Shown in pieces: positions 29,550-37,773 of a DNA stretch of 64,000 nucleotides. Numbering within the stretch: position 1 is the stretch's first letter; each line of letters starts with the position of its first letter. Below the pieces are notes generated by a model. The model was not told where the DNA came from and ran no database searches. It saw nothing but the letters and a program-made list of their open reading frames with translations. This DNA is from Candidatus Sericytochromatia bacterium (lineage in GTDB: Bacteria > Cyanobacteriota > Sericytochromatia > UBA7694). The translations under genes and the position numbers were made by a program. The stretch spans positions 1,207-65,206 of the forward strand of contig JBBKWI010000053.1 in assembly GCA_037968875.1 (NCBI GenBank), read 5' to 3'.

Positions 29550-31012
29550 TCGATCAGTTTATCGATAGCTGTGCGCAGGGCTGCTGGCATTTGCTCCCAC
29601 TGACCTTGTGAGCTCAGTTGGTTTTTCAACTGATCAAAAGGTGCTTCCCGATCCCAGACGCGATCATAAGCTTTAATTGTTTTTTGAATGATTTGAGCTG
29701 AACTGGACTCACCTGTTAATGCTACGGTTGCCAAAGAATTTAAGACCACAAAGGCCTGGTTATCGCTCAGATCGTTCATATAATCTTCGACCGGGAAACC
29801 CGGTTGACTCATCAACTCAGCCACTTGCAAAGGCTGGGTTTCTTCGTGACTCATGATCCGTCCCAAAAGTTCGGCTTGACCGCCTTTGACCAGCATTGTA
29901 GACAGGCGCAGCTTGTCCTGCAAATCTCCATCTAACCAAATCTGTACGCCAATCGGATTAACCTGAGTAGCCACATCGGCTGTCGGCCCAGAAATCATGC
30001 TCTCCATTTTGCGTGAAAGATAGCTTTTATCTAATATGGCAGACAAAGTTGCAAACTTCTCACTTAAATCGGGTTTCTCTTTGACTAAATTGCCCAGGTC
30101 GACATTTTCAGTCCCTGTAGGCGTCGCTGGTATGGGTTGCGTTGGCACCTGTGGTGTGGGCCCATTATTGGCTGGCGTCAGCGATGCTGGCTGAACAGGC
30201 CCAGGTTGCTGAGGCAATGTCGGTTGAGGAGCCAATTGTACAGCCGGATGGGTATTACTCTGAGCAGGAGCCTGCTCTGCCTGTGGAGCGGGTGCTTTGA
30301 CTGGAGCAGGTACTTGTTGAGCGGGTGGAGTGGCTTGTTGCTGACGCGCAGCCACAACCCGTTGATTGATCTCCTGATATTTACCCACTTCCCCATCGGT
30401 CGGTTGATAGCCTTGTTGCACTTTTTGTTCCAGGCTAACCGCCCAATTGTACTCTTCCTGGCTGATTCCAGGCGCAGAGCCACTCGCTGCTGCAGGAGCT
30501 GGGGCAGGTGCCGTTGGCTTCGTCTGTTGTGTTGCTGGCTCAGGGGCTGCCCGCAACTGAGTGATAATCTGATTATAGCGCTGAATTTCCTGGTCATTGG
30601 GCTGATAATTTTGCGCCAATTGTACTTCTAATTGCTGAGCCCAGAGAAAATCAGTTTCAGAGATCCCAGCATCACTTGCATTAGAGATGCGTTGGGCCTG
30701 TAAGCGCTGTACAATATCCTGGTAGCGAGTGAGTTCACGTTCCGTCGGTTGCTGGCCTTGTTGAGCGCGCTGTTCGAGTTCACCTGCCCAGGCTATTTCA
30801 GTTTCAGTAACAGGCCTGGGATCGTCGTAAATCGCGACTTGTTGTTGGGCTTTGCCTGTGGGAGCTTGAGGAGTTATTTGTGTGTTATCGACTATAGGGG
30901 CCTGGGGTGTCGTCGGCATCGATAATTCGGCGGGAGATTTTAAGATTGGTCGCTGAGTTTGAGGGATTTGGACAGGGGCTTGGCTTGAGGCTGGGCTAGG
31001 CTGTACGTTCAT
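29546..31012 (-). CDS. Hypothetical Pro/Gln-rich protein with three ~38-aa internal repeats
   Basis: Repeat E..WA..LE....Q.YQP...E...Y..I at aa 68-105, 117-154 and 183-220; GGAG SD. Confidence 0.8.
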   Translation of the reverse strand: MNVQPSPASSQAPVQIPQTQRPILKSPAELSMPTTPQAPIVDNTQITPQAPTGKAQQQVAIYDDPRPVTETEIAWAGELEQRAQQGQQPTERELTRYQDIVQRLQAQRISNASDAGISETDFLWAQQLEVQLAQNYQPNDQEIQRYNQIITQLRAAPEPATQQTKPTAPAPAPAAASGSAPGISQEEYNWAVSLEQKVQQGYQPTDGEVGKYQEINQRVVAARQQQATPPAQQVPAPVKAPAPQAEQAPAQSNTHPAVQLAPQPTLPQQPGPVQPASLTPANNGPTPQVPTQPIPATPTGTENVDLGNLVKEKPDLSEKFATLSAILDKSYLSRKMESMISGPTADVATQVNPIGVQIWLDGDLQDKLRLSTMLVKGGQAELLGRIMSHEETQPLQVAELMSQPGFPVEDYMNDLSDNQAFVVLNSLATVALTGESSSAQIIQKTIKAYDRVWDREAPFDQLKNQLSSQGQWEQMPAALRTAIDKLID

Positions 31013-31052
31013 AAGAAGGCTCCATCTAAATAATCGGCATCGTTATCTAAAC

Positions 31053-31079
31053 TTATCGACAAGTCGCAAGCAAACCTTG
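31053..31079 (-). promoter_or_regulatory. Putative sigma28 (FliA) promoter
   Basis: Minus strand CAAGGTTT-N11-GTCGATAA; second copy ATAAGTTT-N10-GCCGATTA at 31031-31056. Confidence 0.55.
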
Positions 31080-31141
31080 TCAAGAGAATCTGTGATAATA
31101 TACCAGCATTCTGATTTGAATACAATCAAAGGAGCTCGCAA

Positions 31142-31423
31142 ATGCAATTGGCCAAAGTGATTGGCAATGTGGTAGCTTCCCACAAAGTAGACAGTTTAAA
31201 AGGCATCAAATTGATGATTGTGCAGAAGGTTTCTGAACAAGGCGCAAAGCAGGGTGACCCTTTGATCGCTATTGATGCCACCGAGCAAGCGGGCGTCGGC
31301 GAGATGGTCTTGATTGAATCCGGCCGCGAAGCAGCACTGGCTTTGGCCGAATGGTATAACCCGGCAGACCAGGCAATCATTGGCATTGTCGATCAGATTT
31401 ATAGCATCCAGTCCAAAGCTTAA
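31142..31423 (+). CDS. EutN/CcmL family microcompartment vertex (BMC-P) protein
   Basis: M.LAKV.G.VVAS.K...L.G.KL, A.D....AG.GE.V...G..A, D..I.GIVD. Confidence 0.92.
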   Translation: MQLAKVIGNVVASHKVDSLKGIKLMIVQKVSEQGAKQGDPLIAIDATEQAGVGEMVLIESGREAALALAEWYNPADQAIIGIVDQIYSIQSKA

Positions 31424-31449
31424 ACATCAGCCAGATGGATATCTGCTCT

Positions 31450-31692
31450 TTATTTTTCAGGAGTTTCCGGGTAAAGAGCACACCACGACTGGGTATCCGC
31501 TTCAAAATCACCCAGGCTCTGCACAACTTCCAGTAGATCTTCAGGTAAATCCGAAAAAGTCACCTGTCCATTGGCGTCAATAAAGATTTCAATGCTATTG
31601 GTCAGCTGATTGCTACAGGCTTCAGTTTTGCTGATAGATTTCGTCGGTTCCGGTATTTTGCACATAATACTCAGCTTTAAAGGTTCGATCAT
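31450..31692 (-). CDS. Small hypothetical protein (true start uncertain)
   Basis: Protein-like C-terminal half IEIFIDANGQVTFSDLPEDLLEV follows the DUF2997 gene; N-terminal part overlaps it. Confidence 0.4.
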   Translation of the reverse strand: MIEPLKLSIMCKIPEPTKSISKTEACSNQLTNSIEIFIDANGQVTFSDLPEDLLEVVQSLGDFEADTQSWCALYPETPEK

Positions 31693-31819
31693 CTACATCT
31701 CCGAGCGCTTCTTCTAAAAAGCGTGTCAGTTCCATGCAAGAATCCCCTTTGCCCCCTTTGACTTCAATCTGAACTTTGCCCGTGGGTGAAATCACAATCT
31801 CAAATTCACTTTGGCTCAT
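31622..31819 (-). CDS. DUF2997 family protein
   Basis: I.P.GKV..EV.G..G.SC...T..LEEALG pattern; strong GGAGG SD. Confidence 0.8.
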   Translation of the reverse strand: MSQSEFEIVISPTGKVQIEVKGGKGDSCMELTRFLEEALGDVDDRTFKAEYYVQNTGTDEIYQQN

Positions 31820-32093
31820 ACAGCACCTCCATCTCCTTAGTTAAGCATAGACCCTGATCGATTCACAATCTAATTACACTGTTACATTCAAATTGCCTTA
31901 AAATAACCAAAGCCGATTTTTATTAACAAAAATTTGACAATATTTTACAATTATCATTATTAAAACGCTAGCAAATCAACCAAGAAACCCTGAGAAAGTC
32001 ACGGCTAAACCCCCAGGCAACAAGTCGATTACAATATCTGAATGCATCTAAACTTGTTATAGGCAAACAACTTGTTATGTTAATATACTGTGT

Positions 32094-35000
32094 ATGCATC
32101 CTCGAAACACAGAATCTATGAATATTTGTCACTCCTGTCACTTTCAACAGGATCAAAAATACAGTTTTTGTGGGCACTGTGGCCAGTCTTTCTTTAAGCA
32201 ATGTGGCTACTGTCATCAACACGTTCCCAATCACTTTCATTTCTGTGGCTATTGTGGCAATAGCGCCCACCACGCCATTCATCCTCAGGCAGCACCCGCA
32301 GGAATGCCCCAGCAGTTTCAGCCAAGTTATTCGGTGCCAGTTCAGCAGCCAACGGTTCAATATCCTATTACACCCGCTCAACCTGCCTATACGCCTGCGA
32401 CATCAAATCAGGCAGCAGCCCAAACATCTCAGTCAGCCCCACTAAACCCTACTGAGCAAGCCCCTGTCCAGCCCAAGCCTGCTCAAAAAGAAACAGCACC
32501 AGCTGCCATGCCGCAGTCAGCAGTCGCCCGTGTTTCTGAGCGCCGCCCGGTTGCCGTCTTGTTTTGCGATATTTGTGGCTTTACCGCCATGTCTGAAAAG
32601 CTAGATCCTGAAGAAGTCTCTAATATTATTCAACCGCTGTTCCAGCTCTGCAATCAAGCTATCAGTAAATATGGCGGCGTTGTTGAAAAATTCATTGGCG
32701 ATGCCATCATGGCCTTATTTGGCGTCCCGATGACACACGAAGATGACCCCGAGCGCGCCGCCATGGCAGCGATCGAAATGCGTCAAATTATTCAAGATTT
32801 TGGCGCTGATCTAGAGAAAAAAATGGGCTTTGGTCTAAATATGCGCATCGGCCTGAATGTCGGCCTGGTGGTAGCAGGCAGCGTAGATATTGACGCCCAT
32901 GGTGGTAAAAACTATCAGGTCATGGGTGACGTGATCAATACTGCTGCACGCATGGAGCAAAACGCAATCCCCGGACATATCCTGGTCACTGAGGAAATGT
33001 ATCTTTTACTCAAAGATAGCTTTGAACTTAAAGCCGATAAACTGATTGTTGCCAAAGGTAAAAAAGAGCCACTTCAATCCTACGAATTGCTCGGTATCAG
33101 GCAATTACGTCAACGCACCCGTGGCATTGGCAACACAAAAACCGCCTTAATTGGTCGTACTCAGATTTTGAGCGAATTGCAAAAGAATGCAGAACAAGCC
33201 TTAGCAGCTCAAACACCGCATAGCCTGCTGATCGGTGGAGACAGTGGCTTTGGTAAAACCCGCCTGGTTGAAGAACTGCGGCAAGTTCTAGCTCCCCAAA
33301 AATTACGCTTTATACAAGGCAACGCGACTTCTTATAGTCAGAATTTCAGCTTCTTTATGCTGCAAAGCCTGGTGCGTTCTATGCTCCAAGTTGATGAAAC
33401 CAGTGCTCCCAATAAAGTCATAGAACAGATTTCCCAGTTTTTGCAAGAACTAAAGCTTGGTAATGCAGAAATGACGGGGCGTCTACTGGAGTGTTTACTC
33501 TACCCGCATTTAGATATTCCCAAATTAAAGTTAATCTCACCGGAGCGCTTACAACAGCAGATTTTTCGGGCTGTCGGCGATATTTTAATACAATTAGCGA
33601 CAGATCAAGGTGTTTACTTACATTTAGATGACTTGCAATGGTCTGACCAACTCTCATTGCAATGGCTGGCTGAACTCCAAAAAAGAGTGAACGGCACCCA
33701 ATCACGCTTCATTGTCGCGACGAGCGCTCGCCAGCTCGATTTAGAGAATACTGATCTCATATGGAATTGGGATCAAGAGTTAGAAGCCCTTAGCGAAGCG
33801 GATAGTCAGCGCTTAATTTTAAACATATTGGAAATAACAGCAGATGCTCCCCTGTCACGCAATCTAGAAGCCTTGAGCAAGGCCATCGTTTCTCGTTCAG
33901 CTGGCAACCCCTATTATATTGAAGAAGTTCTGCGCAATCTGTTTGAATCCAAATTACTTGTCAATCAAAATGACAGCTGGGAACTGACTTGCCCGATTAA
34001 AGATTTACCCCTGCCCAATTCAGTTCAACGTCTGATTATGTCGCGTTTTGATCGCTTGCCTGAGCAAGAAAGACACTTATTACAGAGCCTTTCGGTGATT
34101 GGCCCCAATATTTCTTCAGAACTTGCTGAAGCCATGTTCGATACCCCAGATCTGATTACACATCTTGATTCGTTGGCAAATTCCGGATTTATTCGTATTC
34201 ATACCTGTCAGCGAGGCAAAGAATACGTTTTTAATCAGACACTGGCGCAAGAAGTCATTTACAACACCCTTGTCAAACGACGTAAGCACCTGATTCATCA
34301 ACAAATCGGAGAAACACTGGAGAAATTACATATGTCTGATCCCAGCCAGGTACTGGATTTGTTAGCTTTTCATTTTTCACGCACGCCAGATCTACCCAAA
34401 GCAGTCCACTACCTCAACTTATCAGCCGAAAAAGCCAGCCGATTATATGCCAATCAACAGGCCAATGAGCAATATGAAGAGATCTTAGATATCTTGCAAC
34501 AGCTCGAACCAGATAGTTTAATCAGCGTCAGTCTCAATCAGCGCGATTGGATGAAAGCCTCTCGTTTAGAGCACCATGTTTTGCATAAGCGCTGTGAGCT
34601 CAAACTCTTAACAGGCGCTTATGATGAGGTCCTGACATTGGTTGAAAAAGCCTTTGAAAAGGACCTGACTGTCTTAGAAAAAAGCCGTTTTCTCTATTGC
34701 CGAGGACGCGTTTTAGAAAAACGATCCGAGTTTGAGGCCGCACACACCGTCTTTGAAGAAGCACGCCAGCTTTTGGGCGATCGTGAGCCACAAGAACAAG
34801 CACGCCTTTTAAATGCGATGGGCTGGGTCTCACGTTGGATGAACAACTATGAACAGGCTTTAGCTTCCTGCCAGGAAGCTCTAAAGCTATTAGAAGAAAC
34901 ACCCGATATGGAGCAAATTGCTTATGCCCACAATGTGTTGGGCGTGGTCTATTTTTATCAGCATAACTGGGAGCAATCCTTAGATCACTATCAGCAAGGT

Positions 35001-35747
35001 CTCAAGATTCAGAAACAGATTAATGATATTTGGGGACATGCCAATAGCCTCAGTAATATGGGCAATGTATACTTTATGACCAATCTCTGGCCTGAGGCCA
35101 TTATCGCCTTTCAAGAGAGTCTCGACTTACGAAATCAATTGGGTGATCTTGAAGGCCTGGCGACATCACATAATAACCTTGGGCACGCCTTCCAAGAATT
35201 GGGTGATTATGCCACAGCAGAAATGCATATTCAACAAGCTCTGACAGCCTATCGCGAAATGAACCATGGCGTCGGTCAAGCCGTAGCCCTCTGTAATTTA
35301 GGATCTGTCTGTTTTAAACAAGAGCAAGAAGAAGATGCCTTGAATCACTTTAATACAGGCATTGCCATGCTTGAAGCCCAAAAAATGGAAAGTTTCTTAC
35401 CGGAAGCTTATAATCATCGCATTCAAATCTATCTGAACCAATCCCAATGGCAAGAGGCGCAAGAACATCTTGAAAAGAATCGCCCCTCAATAGAAAAGTA
35501 CGGCGATCCCCTACAAAAAGGGCGTCTGGAACGTTTAGATGGCTATTATCACCTGCAGCAGAAAAACTATGAAGCAGCAGAAAGCCATTTAAATAAAGCC
35601 TTAGAAGATCTACAAAATTGTGATCACAAGGCAGAATGCCAGCTATTGTATCAACATTTAAGCGAACTGCACCAGCAACAAAACTCGAGTCAAGCCAGTT
35701 ATTGGCAAGAGTTAGCAAGTACAAACCAACCTGAAACACAGTCATAA
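32094..35747 (+). CDS. Double zinc ribbon - class III nucleotidyl cyclase - STAND ATPase - TPR protein
   Basis: Four CxxC; FCDICGFT, KFIGDA, GDVINTAARME; GDSGFGKT, LDDLQW, GNPYYIEE; C-terminal TPR array. Confidence 0.92.
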   Translation: MHPRNTESMNICHSCHFQQDQKYSFCGHCGQSFFKQCGYCHQHVPNHFHFCGYCGNSAHHAIHPQAAPAGMPQQFQPSYSVPVQQPTVQYPITPAQPAYTPATSNQAAAQTSQSAPLNPTEQAPVQPKPAQKETAPAAMPQSAVARVSERRPVAVLFCDICGFTAMSEKLDPEEVSNIIQPLFQLCNQAISKYGGVVEKFIGDAIMALFGVPMTHEDDPERAAMAAIEMRQIIQDFGADLEKKMGFGLNMRIGLNVGLVVAGSVDIDAHGGKNYQVMGDVINTAARMEQNAIPGHILVTEEMYLLLKDSFELKADKLIVAKGKKEPLQSYELLGIRQLRQRTRGIGNTKTALIGRTQILSELQKNAEQALAAQTPHSLLIGGDSGFGKTRLVEELRQVLAPQKLRFIQGNATSYSQNFSFFMLQSLVRSMLQVDETSAPNKVIEQISQFLQELKLGNAEMTGRLLECLLYPHLDIPKLKLISPERLQQQIFRAVGDILIQLATDQGVYLHLDDLQWSDQLSLQWLAELQKRVNGTQSRFIVATSARQLDLENTDLIWNWDQELEALSEADSQRLILNILEITADAPLSRNLEALSKAIVSRSAGNPYYIEEVLRNLFESKLLVNQNDSWELTCPIKDLPLPNSVQRLIMSRFDRLPEQERHLLQSLSVIGPNISSELAEAMFDTPDLITHLDSLANSGFIRIHTCQRGKEYVFNQTLAQEVIYNTLVKRRKHLIHQQIGETLEKLHMSDPSQVLDLLAFHFSRTPDLPKAVHYLNLSAEKASRLYANQQANEQYEEILDILQQLEPDSLISVSLNQRDWMKASRLEHHVLHKRCELKLLTGAYDEVLTLVEKAFEKDLTVLEKSRFLYCRGRVLEKRSEFEAAHTVFEEARQLLGDREPQEQARLLNAMGWVSRWMNNYEQALASCQEALKLLEETPDMEQIAYAHNVLGVVYFYQHNWEQSLDHYQQGLKIQKQINDIWGHANSLSNMGNVYFMTNLWPEAIIAFQESLDLRNQLGDLEGLATSHNNLGHAFQELGDYATAEMHIQQALTAYREMNHGVGQAVALCNLGSVCFKQEQEEDALNHFNTGIAMLEAQKMESFLPEAYNHRIQIYLNQSQWQEAQEHLEKNRPSIEKYGDPLQKGRLERLDGYYHLQQKNYEAAESHLNKALEDLQNCDHKAECQLLYQHLSELHQQQNSSQASYWQELASTNQPETQS

Positions 35748-35756
35748 GGAGCTCCT

Positions 35757-37664
35757 ATGTCAGAACTTATTGAATTACTTAAATCATCCTTTCTTTTTAA
35801 AGATCTTTCTGATCCTATCCTCGCAAAAGTCGCTGAGCGACTGAGTTTTGAAGAATATCACCCCCGCGAGACGATTTTCCGTGAAGGAGCTGAGGGAGAT
35901 GCGCTTTTTTTGATCCAAAAAGGAGCTGTTGAAATTCGCAAGCGTGATCAAGAAAGCGGCATCGAGTTCCATCTGAATCGCCTGGAAGCGCCTTCCGCTT
36001 TTGGTGAAATCGCCTTATTAAAAGCCGCTCCCCGCAGCGCGTCAGTCGTCGCAATTGAAGGCACACGCACAGCTATCTTAAAAGGTGATGACTTTAAAAA
36101 CCTGGCACTTAAGCTGCCTGAATTTGCGATGGCCATGGCCCAAAGTCTGGCCGAACGTGTCGACGAACTCAGTAAAGAGCGACGCTTAACCTTTAGCCAA
36201 TTATCACAATTGGATTATGATGCCAAAGTCATGTCGATGTTGCCCAAAAAGATAATGATGGCTCACCAAATGGTGCCTCTGGGCTATAATGGCAGCTTCC
36301 TCTCTGTGGCAATGGTCAATCCACATAATCCCGATGCAATGGACGAGCTCAGAAGACAGGCACCCGGCGTGATGATCGAGCCTGTTGTCGTCAGCGAAAT
36401 AGACTTCAAGCGTTTTATCGAATCGGTCTATGATCGCGTCACCAGCGGAGAAGCTGCAGCAGAAAATAAAGCCAGCTCAGACATTACCGAGCTGATGACT
36501 TCATTAGACGACGATTTACGTGACTTAAATAGCCACGATGAAAACTCAATTGTACGCTTGGTGCAAAAAATGTTGATTGAAGCCAATAGTCAGAGCGCTT
36601 CAGAACTCCATATTGAACCCCGTGCTGAATCGATTCAGATCCGTCAACGGCGCAATGGCATCCTCGAAAACCTCACCACCCACCCCCGTAAAATTCAGTC
36701 GGCTTTAATTAATCGCTTTAAACAAATGTCTCACTTAGATCTTGAAAAAACCACGCCGCAAGCAGGCACGATTGCCTTACTTGAAAATGAAAGAGAAATC
36801 AATTTTCAAGTCAGTACTTTGCCTACCCGCTTTGGTGAAAAGCTCGTGGTCAAGCTCCCTGAAACGGGCAGTGTACCCGCCCTTGCCAAATTAGTCACCA
36901 GCTCTCAAGAGTTACAGAGCATCAGCCAGCTCTTAACTTTGCCTTACGGCTTAATCCTCGTGATTGGACCGCCAGGCTCAGGTAAGACCACCACCCTCTA
37001 CAGTATTTTACGCCAGCTCACCGAGCGTAATCTCAGCGCCTATGCCCTCGGCAACCATATGGCCTTTGATCTGCCAGGCATTAACCGCATTGCGCTTGAT
37101 GAGAACAAACTCAGCATGAAAGAAGCCTTTCAAGCGACTCTAAAGCAAAACCCCGATGTGATCTTACTGGAAGAGCTGACCGATATAGACAGCTTTCAAA
37201 TGGCAATTGATACGGCCATGACCGGCCATCTGGTGATCAGTAGTTTTGCAGCCGTTGACTTAGAGTCTGCGATTCAACGCTTTGAAATGATGGGCGGTCA
37301 GAAATCCAATTTATTTGAAGCCCTGGCTGGTACTATCACCCAACGCTTATTGCGCCGCTTGTGCCAATCTTGTCGCAAGTCTTTCACCGCAGAGCCCATG
37401 ATGCTGGAGCGCCTGGACTTAGACCAACACAGCACGCTTTATCGCCATCAGGGCTGCTCTGTCTGCGAACAAACCGGTTATCGTGGACGTCTGGGACTCT
37501 ACGAAGTTCTGGTCAATAATAGCGAAACCCGGCGCTTGCTCAAAGCAGATGCAATCAACGAAATGTACTCCAAAAGTTTTGTCAGCCTGAGAGAATTAGG
37601 CCAAGAGAAATTAATCACAGGCGAAACCACACCCCAGGAATTGATTCGCGCCTTGCGCTTATAA
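35757..37664 (+). CDS. cNMP-binding domain fused to degenerate PilB/GspE-family ATPase
   Basis: IFREG..GD.LF.I..G.V and FGEIALL...PRSASV; T2SSE_N-like VAM.NP; GPPGSGKTT, TGHLV, QRL.R.LC..C, GC..C..TGY.GR. Confidence 0.88.
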   Translation: MSELIELLKSSFLFKDLSDPILAKVAERLSFEEYHPRETIFREGAEGDALFLIQKGAVEIRKRDQESGIEFHLNRLEAPSAFGEIALLKAAPRSASVVAIEGTRTAILKGDDFKNLALKLPEFAMAMAQSLAERVDELSKERRLTFSQLSQLDYDAKVMSMLPKKIMMAHQMVPLGYNGSFLSVAMVNPHNPDAMDELRRQAPGVMIEPVVVSEIDFKRFIESVYDRVTSGEAAAENKASSDITELMTSLDDDLRDLNSHDENSIVRLVQKMLIEANSQSASELHIEPRAESIQIRQRRNGILENLTTHPRKIQSALINRFKQMSHLDLEKTTPQAGTIALLENEREINFQVSTLPTRFGEKLVVKLPETGSVPALAKLVTSSQELQSISQLLTLPYGLILVIGPPGSGKTTTLYSILRQLTERNLSAYALGNHMAFDLPGINRIALDENKLSMKEAFQATLKQNPDVILLEELTDIDSFQMAIDTAMTGHLVISSFAAVDLESAIQRFEMMGGQKSNLFEALAGTITQRLLRRLCQSCRKSFTAEPMMLERLDLDQHSTLYRHQGCSVCEQTGYRGRLGLYEVLVNNSETRRLLKADAINEMYSKSFVSLRELGQEKLITGETTPQELIRALRL

Positions 37665-37773
37665 GCCGGACTGTGAAGCACAGATCTATTGCTACTAGCT
37701 GTTCGTATACTCTCGTATAAAGAGGGTGTGTTAAGATGAATACTATCCCGATTAGCAGAGGTGGCAATAGATT

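Noticed and set aside
32094..37664. Pycsar-like anti-phage system
   Set aside because: The effector has no TM or TIR killing domain and the cyclase is a large STAND-TPR type; a defence role is not excluded but has no direct support
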